Below, one piece after another: positions 1-12,980 of a stretch of 64,000 bases of DNA. The first letter of the stretch is position 1, and the number at the start of each line of letters is the position of its first letter. The translations under genes were made by a program, and so were the position numbers. Below the pieces are notes generated by a model that saw only the letters and a list, made by a program, of their open reading frames with translations, ran no database searches and was not told where the DNA came from. Origin of the DNA: Somniosus microcephalus (lineage: Eukaryota); the NCBI GenBank assembly GCA_052327205.1, contig CM126204.1, positions 69,750,001-69,814,000 of the forward strand. The letters are read 5' to 3'.

Positions 1-169
1 TGCATATTAAATCTAAAAATGGACTGGAATTTCCTTGTTCCGACATACGCTGAAATAATGCCAAAGTTTACGTTGATTTCTACACCGATCTTTCCGATGA
101 CAATTTATGCCAACATTTTCTGAGAATCTCATCTGGAAGGTAGACATCAGTTGTGGGGAAGTTACTAGA

Positions 170-1915
170 ATCTATTATCAGGGGCAAAGTGACCGAGCAC
201 TTGGACAAGCATTAGCTGATTAAAGAGAGTGAGTATGGATTTGTGAAGGGTAGGCCATGTCTGACTAATCTAGTTTAATATTTTGAGGAGGTCCCTGGCA
301 TGATAGTTAGGGGAGTGTCTATGGATGTTGTATATTTGGACTTCCAGAAGGCATTTGATAAGGTTGTGCACAAGAGATTATCAAAAAATACAAGTGCATG
401 GAATTGGAGGTAGCCTTGTGACATGGGTTAGTAATTGGTTGAAAGGTAGGGGACAGAGTAGGGATAAAATGAACATTCTTTGATTATCGAGATGTGACAA
501 GTGGTGTTCCCCAGGGATCTATACTGGTGCCTTAGATTTTCACTATATATATTATAGACTTGGATAAAGGAATAGAGAGTTGTATATCCAAGCTTGTAGA
601 TGTCACTAAGTTAGGAGGCACAGTAAATTGTATAGATGGGAGGACGAAGTTAGGAAGAAAGAAAGAAAGACTTGCATTTATATAGTGCCTTTCATGACCA
701 CCAGATGTCTCAAAGCGCTTTACAGCCAATGAAGTACTTTTGAAGTGGAGTCACTGTTGAAATGTGGGAAACGCAGCAGCCAATTTTCGCACAGCAAGGT
801 CCCACAAACAGCAATGTGATAATGACCAGATAATCTGTTTTTGTTATGTTGGTTGAGGGATAAATATTGGCCAGGACACTGGGGATAACTCCCCTGCTCT
901 TCTTCAAAATAGTGCCATGGGATCTTTTTCGTCCCCCTGAGAGAGCAGACGGGGTCTCGGTTTAACATCTCATCCAAAAGACGACACCGCAGCACTCCCT
1001 CAGCACTGCACTGGAGTGTCAGCCTAGCTTTATGTGCTCAAGTCTCTGGGGTGGGACTTGAATCCACAACCTTCTGACCCAGAGGTGAGGGTGCTACCAA
1101 CTGAGCCACAGCTGACACTAAAGTTAGAAAGGGACATAGACAGACTAAGTGAGTGGGCAAAACTATGGCAGCTGGAGTTCAATGTGGGGATGTGTGAGGT
1201 CATCTACTTTGGATCCTAGAAAAACAAATCAAATTATTCCCTTAATGGTGAAAGAATAGGAGCTGTGGAGGAACAAAGGGATCTGTGTGTTCATGTACAC
1301 AATTCATTAAAAATCTAGTGCATAGGTAAAAAATCAATCAAAAAGGCTAATGACATATTGACCTTTATGTTAAAAGGGTTGGAATACAAAAGTGATGAAG
1401 TGATGCTTCAGTTTTACACCCATCTTGAATACTGCATTCATTTTTGGGCACTGAACCTCAGGAAAGATCGATTGGCCTTGGAAGGGGTACAGCACAGCTT
1501 CACCAGAATGATACCAAGGCTTAAAGGTTATGTTATGAGGACAGGTTGCATAAATTTAGTTTGTATTTCTTTGAGTTTAGAAGGTTCATGGGTGATCTAT
1601 TCAAACTGTTTATAAAGGGATTTGATAGGATAGGTAAAAAGAAATTATTTCCTCTTGTGGGGGAATCCAGAACTAGAAGGAAATAAACATAAGATTAGAA
1701 CTAGGCCAATCAGGAGTGAAATCAGGAAGCACTTTTTCACACAAAGGGTAGTGGAAATTTTGAAGTCTGAGATCAATAGATTTTTGTTGGGTAAGTGTAT
1801 CAAGGGATATGGAGAAAAGGCAGGTAAATGGAGCTGAGGTACAGATCAGCCATGATCTAATAGAATGGTGGGATAGGCTCAACAGGCTGAATGGCCTCTT
1901 CTTGTTCCTATATAC
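170..1915 (+). mobile_element. Decayed 5'-truncated CR1 LINE (RT C-terminus and 3' UTR), split by a SINE at ~654-1120
   Basis: Frameshifted CR1 RT motifs (YLDFQKAFDKV, GVPQGS, HLEYCIHFW, FFTQRVV); 3' UTR CAGATCAGCCATGATC...GAATGGCC. Confidence 0.85.
654..1118 (-). mobile_element. tRNA-derived SINE, Deu-domain/SacSINE1-like, full length
   Basis: Minus strand: A box TGGCTCAGTTGG, B-box-like GGATTCAAGTCC, conserved core, tail TATATAAATGCAAG(TCTT)n; likely TSD AAGTTAG at 647-653 and 1121-1127; same family at 2853 and 26438. Confidence 0.85.
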
Positions 1916-2852
1916 CAGAACATAAAGGCCGATGTAAAACAAGCGGAAATCAGTGTAAACAATCGAGGCCCAAAGAAACCCCACAACATACGGCATCTAT
2001 CTTCTTTAAGTCCCTCTTTATCTTATTCATGTTATGAAAATTAAAGTCTGAAGCCATCATTTATGCATGTTAGGCAAAGCATGTTTAAGAAAATGGAATT
2101 GTGAAAGCTTTTTTCTTTTTCATGTAACAGATTCTGATGCCATACAAAAGCATTCAAAGATGTGGAAAATACAGTACAGGTTTCAGTAAGGAGCAATCAT
2201 TTAAAAAAATCGCTAAAAGATTTGTTATAAAACATCATAAATTGTGAATTCAGATCCTGTTATGCCTAAGATTTAGAACGTAAGTTTACACCCATTCAGA
2301 ACAACACGCTCCCTGGTCTTCTGCATAAGGTGGAGTTATACTAATGAGCTAAGTAGGGTTTTGCTGGATATAACTCAGGAGAGGCACTATTAATTGAGGA
2401 AATTTGTGCGTAGCAATATTTCGACGTAAAACTGGCGTAAATCACTTACATGCGAATTTCTTTGGAAAAAACAGTTGCAAATCGGCTCTTGCACAGTAGT
2501 TATGCCAAACCATTTCAGGAAATTCTGCCCATTATATTAAAAATCTTGTGTATGTTTACACTTCCTATCCACAAACTTCACTTCCTATTGCCATACTTTT
2601 GATCACACTTTTTACGTCAACGTTTAACATGAAATATGTCTATTTAATCAGTTACAATGGGAATTACCTGTGTAAATATATTCCAGTGATGCTGTGGTTA
2701 CAGGCTGCAACCACTAGATCATACTGTAGCTCCATTGTATCGTGTACCATTGTATCCTCTGATGTCATGAGCAATGCCATGGGATATCTACTAGTATTAA
2801 ATTAAAAGTATGGAATTGTTCTTAATTTGCGTGTTTTTGTTAGTTTACACAG

Positions 2853-3210
2853 GTACTGAGGGAGTGCTGCACTGTCAGAGGTGCTGTCTTTTGGATGAGA
2901 CATTAGACTGAGGCCCTGTCTGCTCTCACAGGTAGACGTAAAAGATCCTATGGCACTATTTCAAAGAAGAGCAGGGGAGTTATCCCCGGCGTTCTGGCCA
3001 ACATTTATCCTTCAATCAACATCACTAAAAAAACAGATTATCTGTTCATTATCACACTGCTGTTTGTTGGAGCTTGCCGAGTGCAAATTGGCTGCCGCGT
3101 TTCCTACATTACAACAGTGACTACACTTCAAAAAGTACTTCATTGGCTGTAAAGCGCTTTGGGGCGTCCAGAGGTCGTGAAAAGCGCAATGCAAGTCTTT
3201 CCTTTTTTTC
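2853..3210 (+). mobile_element. Same SINE family, 5'-truncated
   Basis: Reverse-complement match to 654-1010 over the core and tail. Confidence 0.85.
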
Positions 3211-4113
3211 TGGCACTGGCACAGCATCTTAATGTTAGAACACACCATACAGATTTGTTGGGCAGGCTGGTGATCTCCCACCCAGCATGTTCCTGATTTC
3301 AACCCTGCTCTGGAGTTAGGCAGTGAATGGGAGTCACGTGTTAATTCCCAGATGTGAGGGGGAGAATCGGAGAGTGAGAGACTTGGGGCTTCTCCCACTT
3401 GCATCCTAATAACCTACTTCAGAATGGCATAAGGAAAGGCCTGAGAGAATGCTACTGGCCTGAGCAAGCCTGAAGCAATGGAGAGACAGTATTAAAATAC
3501 ATTTAAAAAATGAGAAGAAAAATTCCTTTGGTTCACAGACCTTGATACCAATTAACAAGCATGTACTTGATTCAGATGCGATGTATTTCTTAAGGTGGAC
3601 TGCCTTGTGCCAAATGACACAATCATTTACAGCTTTCTTTGTGTCTCTGCCATTATATTGGAACCTTATTGCAGATTTTCCTCCAGGACAGTGGGCCAGT
3701 TCTTGTACTCTCTCTAGAACATCGAGGACAGGGAGGAAGAAAATGAGCCATGTTCTGTCTGCTTCCTTGTCACAAAATTCACTGCCAGCAAATCAAAGAA
3801 TTTGCTTTCCTGGCATCGGAGGGTCTGTCAGAGTATACTATGTTTGTGTTGAGTGGAGGGGTAGACAGGCAAGAGTCTCGGAATATAAAGTCCTGACTCA
3901 CACCCTTACCAACTTTTCTGATATTTCGCCATAGACTTCCAGCAAGTTCAGCTACTCCTTTCCCAGAATATTTTTCCTTTTTCCCAGAAGCTGGAATAAT
4001 TTTTCCTTTTAAAAGTAGCTTTCTGTTATGGATTATTATTCTTAAACATTTATTTTTCCAAGTAGCTTTCTTATGCATGAGGTTCTGCTTCAAATAATAA
4101 CCTTCAAAACTAA

Positions 4114-4828
4114 GGGGGAAAAATTGGGTCGCGCCTCCTTTGGGGCGCTAACTTCACCAGGCCTGGACAAATTAGCGCCACCACGCCGTAAATTGAATGG
4201 TAGCGCCCCAAGCAGGAGGCGGGGCGCTACTGGAAGCACTCCTCCTCCCTCTTGGGGCGCTACCATTCAATATCGCGGCGCTACATGTAACAGTGCCACG
4301 CGCGTCGGCACATAGCGCCGCGGTATTACAGGCCTCCCGCCCCTGGGAGGGGCCTAGAGCAGCATGCACCGGGGCCCTGCTGGACCACCGAGGAGCCGGG
4401 TGTTGGGAAAAGAGCCCGGCACTTAAGAGGAGTGCCAGGCTGACCGATCGTGGCCAGCACCCCGCATGAAGAAGTGACAGGGGGCAGGTGCTAGCAAGCG
4501 GCTCAAATAAAATGGCCGCCCGGCACCTGCCCTTTAATTAGCGCCGCCGCTGCTGCATAAACACCACCCTGACCCTGTCGGAGATATCGTCCGGTGCTAG
4601 GTCAGGGGGCATGACCGAAGTTTGCGGCCGGGGCACGAGCAGGGCGCTGCATTGGCGATGCTGTCATCGCCGGAGGCGCAGCGCCGCGGGGCGCTACCTG
4701 CTACCGCCACTGCTAACCTCCCGCTGAATTTCGCGGGAGGCGTTAGCGGCGCCATGCCCGGGCGCTAGGTGTTTTGCAGCCCGCTTGGGGCGCTAACGGG
4801 AGGTGCAAAACAACCCAATTTTTCCCCC
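4114..4828. mobile_element. PIF/Harbinger-like MITE
   Basis: Perfect 16-bp TIR GGGGGAAAAATTGGGT (4114-4129 / 4813-4828); TAA TSD (4111-4113 / 4829-4831); many internal GGCGCTA/TAGCGCC motifs. Confidence 0.9.
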
Positions 4829-6224
4829 TAAGACTTTTTAATGAATTATCTTTTATTGTTCTAAGCTCCAACCTAGGCCTATTACAGACCAAAGGACATA
4901 ATGGAACTGCTTTAAATAAATGTCATTTTGTTTTATAGTCTAATGTAAACTCAATTGAATAAAGCATGTTGATCAGAGCCTCAGCTAGAAGTATTTGGCT
5001 TGGTTTTATATTCATCATTAGGATGATTTCCCATAGTGTGTTATTACAATCATTCAGAAGCTGGTATGACATCTGCCTGTCTCTGTTATTACAATTGTTT
5101 GAATAAATGAAGATGTGCTTTCTACCACACTGTGCCTTGTTTATTCACAGCCTTTGGGAAGAATGCCTTCCCATAATGCAGGTAAGTTTGGAGTTTGCCC
5201 TGCTCCCAATGTTTTGTATATTTTTTTGCTGTGGCGATTTTCTCTTATTATGAATGGTGGCACAGTACAGCGATTATAACATACCAGAATAGTAATTGAG
5301 ATAGTGGATCCCAAATTTTCTCAGGGCCAGAGGCATTCTGCCAATGTAAGTCAACCGGGAATACATCATAACCAGAGGAAGTTCAGGCAGGACCCGGATA
5401 AGCCAAAACCCAGCCCAGGCAGCCAATTCCTGATGAGGCCTAAGGGCAGGGGGAATCACCATCCCTCCCAAACATGGCCAATAACATTGGAGGGAGCGGG
5501 GTTGAGTGAAGGGATTTCCCATGCCCCAGCCTCCCCACCACTCAATGATATGAATGCCAGGATGAACCTGGCATAAAAAGTCAGCTACGGGTGGAAGTGT
5601 GGCCCACCTTGGTCTCCAGGCTGAGCTCATGGCCTGGAAGACCCCGGAAATCTTTGTTGCCACTGGTTGGATTAGCTTTCCTCTAAAGGAGGCTGATCCG
5701 CTTCTCTGCCAGCACTTCTTTGGGGGCCCATCAGTGACCAGCTGGCATTGCATTTCCCACCCCCTCTCTTACAGCAGGCCCCGCAGTTGCACTCAAAGTG
5801 GTGTGGGTTCTCACCAACCTATTATAATTATTATCTGACTCCACTGGGACCCCAGATACTCTGGTGGGGTCAGTAGTAGAAGCCAGTGGCACCCGCTCTG
5901 CTGCACTTACACTAACAGAGTGGGGCACCCAATTTTGGGCCCAGTGTCATTACCATAAAAATATTAGCACCAAGTCTCCCCACCCATAAAATTAATATTG
6001 TGCTGCAATGTTATCAATGGCTTCTCTTCTGGCATTCAAATAGGAAACTGCCTCTTCTGAGTGCGTAGAGCCCAGTACCAATGTCCTGGTGTCTCCACAA
6101 TGAAAACTGTAGCATAGGTTGGTTCTTTGTGATGGTGCTCTGCTGAATGTGAAGCCATTTTGCTACCAAAGTTCCTTCACATCATTATATTCAGTGCAGC
6201 ATTGCCATAAAGGCTAAAGTTATC

Positions 6225-6620
6225 CCAATGGGAAAGTTCCCCATCTAATGTGGCACTGAGCCATACAGACTACTAAAGTTACAGGTTCAATCCCTGGTCT
6301 CTGTTAAGTTACTTACCTCAGCTCGGTCAGTATTGGAGCTGTTACAATCAGGCCTCAGTGGAGGCCTCAGTGGAGGGAGATAAATCAGCCATGGCTGTCG
6401 CTCTTGATCGCTACCCAGTGACCCAGCTGGAAGCGTACATCTGTGGACGTGGGGTGAAGATGGGTCAGGCTCAGCTGTGCTCCCTTGCCACTTCCCTCCC
6501 ATCATTGATTAGCCTGCCAACATTCACGGCCCGAGATCACCCATGCTGCCTGAGATACTGGAAGGTTGACTGTGCCAGCAGGACCATACGCCAGCATGAT
6601 AGGAATGGAGGTTAGCAGCA
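6225..6620 (+). mobile_element. Old tRNA-derived SINE-like repeat
   Basis: B box GGTTCAATCCC at ~6284; head resembles an inverted copy at ~13480-13670; boundaries approximate. Confidence 0.5.
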
Positions 6621-7166
6621 GCCTTATCTTACCATCTGGTGCCAACAAATTAAGTCTCTCTCGCTCTTCTTGTACGATTGTCAGCTGAGAGCATCCAGAT
6701 AAATCAGCTCTTGCTAACACAGTGGTGTAAAAATGAATGATCATAAGGATGAAAAATGTCCTGTAGTAATTAATACTGGAGCGTAACGTTTTCTGTGGTT
6801 TGGAACAGGATTTTTATTTTTAATGGTAATTCTTTTTAATCGTTTTTCACAAATTTGTTATTTGGGACAAAAACAAGTCTGCTGAGGTGAGTTGAGGCGA
6901 GTGTTTTGTGAGCTCTTTGTCCATTAGCTGCCTTTGTACATAAGTGCACAGACCTTTTTCTTCTTGATGTGTCTTCTGGAGCTCTGACCACAAGTGAGTA
7001 TTTTTCTTTTTGTGTGAACCGGCAGCCAAGTTTTTTTTTTCTATGAGCTTGGTCAGTGCCAATGTTTTTTTGGGCTTGTTTTGTGTATGAGTTTGGCTGC
7101 TGTTGAGTTTTCTGTTCTCGTGAGTGAAGTCTGGAGGAGGGAGCAAGGAGGGAGGGGGAAGCTTAC

Positions 7167-7292
7167 CCATGATCCTTAGAGAAGCTGTAACCAGGCACTT
7201 TCTCCTCTGCTGAGACGTCCTGTTGTGGTTCACTTCCCATGGGATAATTCCACTGTCTCTTCTGGGGAAAGTGAGAATGAGGCAACCAGCGG
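7167..7292 (-). other. Candidate 126-nt exon of an unidentified host gene
   Basis: Minus strand: long pyrimidine tract ending CCCCTGCAG| and donor ATGG|GTAAGC; length is a multiple of 3 with two open frames; no recognised homology. Confidence 0.3.
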
Positions 7293-8169
7293 CTGCAGGG
7301 GAAACAGAAAAGGTAGGAAAGTGATCAAGAAGTTAAGAAAAAGAGCAAAACCACAAAGGAAAATTAAAAGTAGAGGGAAGCCAGGAAAGAGAACCAATTT
7401 AACCAGGAACCATGAAATATCCAATTTGAAGAGAAGAGAATCTTATAGCTGAGTGCATTAGCATGGTATGTCGTCTGAGAAACACCACAGACAGCATTCA
7501 GGCACAAGCTTCAGTCAAAGTATATATTGTGGAAACATCAGTATATGTAAATATGTTAAGATTTTCTTCCTCCTGGCTGAGGAATTTTTAAGTTCATGGA
7601 CACATCAACATTTCCATGATATCCTCCTTGAATTACATACATTGCTGACTGGCAAGGCCATGTAAAAAGCCAGGGAGAGAGAGCGAGCTGACTGGCTCCC
7701 CAGCCTGATTATAGCCGGCATATTCTAATACTTCAATATCCTGTAGTTTCTGAGCATCTCTGGGACCCTTATTGGCTTACCGAGTAAATTTAAATAAATC
7801 AGAAACCTATGATGTGAGTAGCAAGTCTCAGGAATGAATTTCACTGAGGTTCTAGGTCAAGAAAGATGAAACTCTAGCCTGTACTTTCCATTGTTGGCTA
7901 GGGACTGTTGCGGAGTAACTTGGGGGTCCAGTTTTGGAAAATGTGCGGATGTTCCACGTCACCTGACATACACCGAGTTTGCACCCCAACACGTTTTCTA
8001 GTGGGTGGGACTAGCATTGGCTGAAGTGACCTTGTCATTCCATATACTTACAACCTTTTGCATGAAAAAAACTATTCTGGATTCAATTTTCTTCTTTGTT
8101 TTAAACATCTCGGTCACGTCATCCTTTAACCCCCCTCATCTCAAAAGAAATGCAACCCAAGTTTAGAAA

Positions 8170-8909
8170 GGGGTAGAGTTTTCGCTTCAGGCACAGTCGG
8201 CAATCCGGGTGCAAATTGCGCTCAATATTGCGCCAGCTTTCCGAAGTGGAGTTGCAGCTCAAGTTTCCACTCTACCTCGTCTGTATAATCACAAGCATAA
8301 AATGAGCCAGCGGAATTGGGCAAAGTTTTAGAATGTCATTTCTTTTTTCTTCCTTGCACTAAAACAGATTCCTTAATATATTTAAGAGTGGTGACCTGGT
8401 GCAGTTTTATTAATACAGCTGAAGGTGGGTTTATCGCAAAAAAGAAGCATTTTTAATCAGAGTGTCTCGTCCACCACTTGTGAGTAACCTGATTTTAAAT
8501 AACTGAAGAATACTTTAAAAAACTATACGGAACCATTTACTAGTTTCATTGGTGTACACTAGTCAGTTTCTTAGTAAATTTTAAAAAATTTAATACTTAA
8601 AAACTTTTAAAAGGTGTCTATTGGTGCCCTTGCGCTTAAACAAAAAGTTTAATTTTAAGAGCCTCCGTGAAGGGCCGCAAACGGCCACAATTGGCAGAAA
8701 CTCGCCATGGTGATTCATTTGATCGGGGGCGTGGCCAGTTCCATGGGTGGGGCCAACTTCCAGCGCGCTGTTTTTTAAACCAGCGCAAAATATCACGGAA
8801 ACTCGATTTGTGCTGGACATAACTTGCTCTTGAAATTCCTTGATCTTTTGCGCTGGTTTGGATGATTTCGGGTGAATTAACCAGCGGAGCCTAGCAGAAA
8901 CTCTACCCC
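8170..8909. mobile_element. Non-autonomous DNA transposon (MITE)
   Basis: 12-bp TIR GGGGTAGAGTTT / AAACTCTACCCC; CpG-rich subterminal regions with an AT-rich centre; no clear TSD. Confidence 0.6.
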
Positions 8910-8974
8910 CTTGTCTTATTGTAGTCTTACAATAACAACTTGTAATAAGTGGAGGAACTTAGTGGATTTAATAT

Positions 8975-10220
8975 AAGTAGGAAAATGGTATTGGAGAAAA
9001 TAATGGGACTTATCTTGGGCCTTATCTTAAGAACAGGAGTAGGCCATTCAGCCCCTCGAGCCTGTTCTGCCAATCTATTAGATTATGATCTGTACCTCAA
9101 CTCCATTTAGCTTTGCTCCATCAGGTCCTGGAGATTTGTCTATCTAAGCCTTGTGACATGGATTGATAATTAGTTGAGTAGTAGGCGACTGAAAGTATGG
9201 ATAAAATAAACATTCCTTGATGGGCAGGTGGTGACAAGTGGTGTTCCCCAGGAATCTGTACTGGGGCCACAGCTTTTCACCATATATATTAATGACTTGG
9301 ATGAAGGAATAAAGAGCTCTATCTCCAAGTTTGTAGATGACACTAAGTTAGGAGTCATGTTAATTTGTATAGATGGTAACAGGAAGTTACAAAGGGACGT
9401 AGAAAAACTAAGTAAGTGGGCAAAACTATGGCAGATGAAGTTCAATATGGGGAAGTGTGAGGTCATCCACTTCAGATCTGAGAAAGGCAAATCAGAACAT
9501 TTCATTAAGGGGGAGGGACTAGGAGCTGTGGAGGAGCAAAGGGATTTGGGTGTCTATATAGACAATTCACGAATAGCTAGGCGCAGGTACAAAAAGCAAA
9601 GTCTAATGGAATGTTGGCCTTTCTCTCAAGGGGGTTGGAATACAACAGTGAAGAAGAGATGCTTCAGTCGTATAGGGTCATGGTCTGACCTCAGCGGGAG
9701 TACTGCATTCCGTTTTGGCCACTGCACCTCAGGAAAGATATATTGGCCATGGAGGTGGATTAGCACAGAATCACCAGAATTATATCAGGGCTCTAAAGAT
9801 TAAGTTATACAGACAGATTGTATTCCCTTAAATTTAGACCGTTGAGGGGTGATTTAATCGAGGTGTTTAAAATGATAAATGCTTCGATAGGGTAGATACA
9901 GAGAAATTATTTCCTCTGTTAGGGGAATCCAGAACAAGGAAGCATAATCTTAAAATGAGAGCTGGGACAGTTAGGAGTGAAATCAGGAAGCATTTTTTCA
10001 CACAAAGGATAGTGGGAATCTAGGAGTCTCTCCCCCAAAAAGTTGTGGATGCTGAGTCCATTGAAATTTTCAAGACTGAGATCGATAGATTGTTGTTGGG
10101 TAAGGGTACCAAGGAATATGGAGGAAAGGTGGGTAAATAGTTTTGAGGTACAGATCAGCCATGATCTAATGTCATGCAGAATAGGTTCGAGGGGCTGAAT
10201 CGAGGTTCCTATGCTCCTAT
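8975..10220 (+). mobile_element. Decayed CR1 LINE 3' fragment with a short inverted 3' UTR piece at ~9030-9120
   Basis: ORF 9228-9803 [27 protein letters not shown]; CR1 3' UTR. Confidence 0.85.
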
Positions 10221-10419
10221 ATATAATAAATACATGTTCATTTTCCAGCAATCAGGAGTAGGACTGCTAGCTGATTTTTTTGTTCCTCCTTTTAATTATT
10301 ACTTATTGCAATAGCTCCTGTGCAGCGCAAAGCACAAGCCAGCAATTGGCCAGTACCACACCTTGGTGACTTTACCAACGAAGTCTATCTAAGCATTCAT
10401 ATATATTTCTTAAGACTAA

Positions 10420-10675
10420 TTTATCTGAGTATCTGCAGTATAGATTGTAACTGAGAAGCACTCTTCAGTGTAAGTATGTGCAGTGACTCCAGTCAGATCC
10501 AATAGCAGGAATTTGCTATGAAGTCTGAGCTGATGACTGGCATTATGCATGCTAGTTTGTCTGTCATCGCTTCCCACAAACATGGTTTAATCATTTGTTG
10601 CATAATTATAAGTCTAATACTTCTGGCAGGCAGACAGAAGCAGGACAGATATGACAGGAGCACTCCAGGCAATTT
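10420..10675 (+). repeat. Direct duplication, copy 1 (copy 2 at ~14560-14850)
   Basis: AACTGAGAAGCACTCTTCAGTGTAAGTATGTGCAGTGACTCCAGTCAGATCCAATAGCA is identical in both copies; the rest aligns with indels. Confidence 0.9.
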
Positions 10676-11423
10676 TTTTTAATGGCATTTCCGACCATGT
10701 GAAAATGGGACATCTGGGCAGATTTGGTTTATTCACTCAGCCAGAAGAAACAACCTTTCACACCGGGTAACCGCCATATCATGTAAACTCACATTGTATG
10801 AGTCAGGGTGGAAGCCAGGGCTTAAAGTGCCTTCTTCACCTTGTGCTCTTTGTAGATTTGATTCCCAGCAGCAGATACCACCCAGTCCTGGCAACTAATG
10901 TTTGCACTCAGTTTCATTCATTTCCAAATGGGTTCCTAAACATTTTAGGCAATTTGTTCCACCACTTGGGAGTAGAGGTCAGTATGAACTCTGACCTCCA
11001 TCTGTCTTGCTGTATGGAAAGTGCATCTTCTGCTGGCAAGTCTCGGCCTCACTGATACTGGCAACCCATGAAAGACCGCAATGTGAAGCTGAGCTGTTGT
11101 GAAAGGGATGAGAAAAGCTTATTTTTTTCTATTTTTATTGGAAAAATATTATTTTTTTGTCCTCTAATGACACTTGCGGATTGTTATGCAGACATGCCAC
11201 AGGTGCAATAGGTTTAAATTTCACCCATTAATCAAGAAATGTGCACAAGTGAGACTTGCAGATGCCTGTCACACACACTAGGGTTGTTGTCGGAACGCAA
11301 GCTAATGTACTAATTGATCTTCTGAAAGACAATGGGTATTTTATTTGTAGATACCTACCAGGTAGAGGAATGGTTCTGATGGCTGATGGGTGTCAAAGAG
11401 TGCAAGCTTACAGAAAAATTCAT

Positions 11424-11608
11424 TGGTCGAGAAATTTGTCTCGGGTGGTGGCGAGAAACGAGCGGTTTCGGATCGACTGCCCGTTATACGCAATACCTGA
11501 TAGTCAGTTCCGTTGACTGCAATGGAGCTGAATACTGGGCGCTGCGTATAACGGGCAGCCGATCCGATACTGCCTGTTTTGCGCCACCGCCTGAGTCAAA
11601 AATCACCA
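11424..11608. mobile_element. Fold-back palindromic MITE
   Basis: TCGGATCGACTGCCCGTTATACGCA pairs with TGCGTATAACGGGCAGCCGATCCGA; centre CAGTTCCGTTG-ACTG-CAATGGAGCTG. Confidence 0.75.
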
Positions 11609-11804
11609 ACACGACCCGTCAGCAGTCATCTCAAAAGGAAGACAAAAAATATTTCAAGTTTAACATCTGCGACATAAAAGGTTACTGTTTGCATAAAGAC
11701 ACCTTATCATTAGTTATCCTCATTTCATTTTCAATTGAGGCTAAAATGATGGCTTGACTCCGTGCAATGGGTGGAAACATTGCACCGACCACATAAAACA
11801 TCAC

Positions 11805-11927
11805 GGGGTCGATTTTAACTGTTCCCGGCGGGCGGGAAACAGGCGGCAGCAGGTCAGCCTCTCGTTTTACATCCCGCACAATTTCCCTTTCCATTAAAAA
11901 CAGGCGGCTAACGTTAAAATCGACCCC
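11805..11927. mobile_element. 123-bp MITE
   Basis: Perfect 15-bp TIR GGGGTCGATTTTAAC / GTTAAAATCGACCCC. Confidence 0.8.
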
Positions 11928-12419
11928 AATTGTTGGGAAGTCTATAAAAGTCTGTTTTCTCCATAAGTCATCCTGATTATTGGACTGTGTAACAGATACG
12001 TTTTGAAAAAGACATATAAACTTTCAGGGACTGATTCAGTCTTTGTAGTTTTATAAATTTTCATTCTACCAGTATCTTGCTGTATTCTTCTGTTTCTGTT
12101 TATTTATAAATTTGTGTAAATAAATTTGACTAGTAGTTTAAGTCTGACCGATATGATTCGACCAGTGTGGTGTGGACAGGAATGCATAGTGGACAGCCCC
12201 TGAGATCACCAATGCGAGATATTTTGGTAAATATTGTAAATGCTGTTGCATGCTACTCCCTTCATATCACACGCAAAGTTGCAAGTTTCAGATTATAGGA
12301 GATTGGATCTGCTTATGGCAACTGCCTCTTTCTCTGAACACTAGTGAAGAGAGTTGGGAGTTAGCCCAAATTGGAACATACCCTTCTAGTATCTAGTCCT
12401 CAGCACCAATTGGTTTTGA

Positions 12420-12980
12420 TCGTTCAATTTCCACATGAAAAGCAAGTTTCAAAGTGAACATTTTCCACTTTCCTGAGTTCAGCCATTTACTAATTGGAGC
12501 AACTGTTACAGCCGCCTTTTGTCAGCAGATAATGATGTCACACTGCTTGGTGCTGCTGGCGAAAATACAGAGGGAAACTATAAATGTCAACATAGGAGGC
12601 CATTTTAATTAGGAGATTTCATAAACACAGGTTTTTACCAGTGACTAAACAGAAAAGGAGTTTACTGTGTGTTAATGGCTATCCTGCGTGCTGGTGGAAG
12701 AAAAAAAAATAATTTAAAACACACAAAACTCCTACATTTCCATGCACATTCAGCCAGAAGCAAGCAGCGCTCTTTGCTGCTGGCTGAACTTATGTGGAAA
12801 TGTAGGAGTACAGTGTGTTTTAAATTATATATTTTTTCTTTCACAGCATGCAGGATAGACATAGTGATCTGTAGATAAAAGGTCGCTAACAATCTCTCCA
12901 TGGCAATTACTGGCTGCTCACACTAAGTGGAAAACACTGACTACTTTGAAACCCACTTTTAACTGTGTGTTTGAAATTCT
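12420..12980. repeat. Long imperfect inverted repeat, probably an ancient MITE
   Basis: Inner hairpin ~12680-12857 (ATAATTTAAAACACAC/GTGTGTTTTAAATTAT; ACTCCTACATTTCCA/TGGAAATGTAGGAGT); decayed outer arms ~12440-12540 vs ~12858-12955. Confidence 0.75.

Noticed and set aside
1040-1118. tRNA genes (also ~26840-26916 and ~35960-36031)
   Set aside because: These are SINE heads joined to core and tail sequence
21-2531. Large MITE bounded by GGAATTTCC / GGAAATTCTGCCC
   Set aside because: TIR match is too short and degenerate, with no TSD
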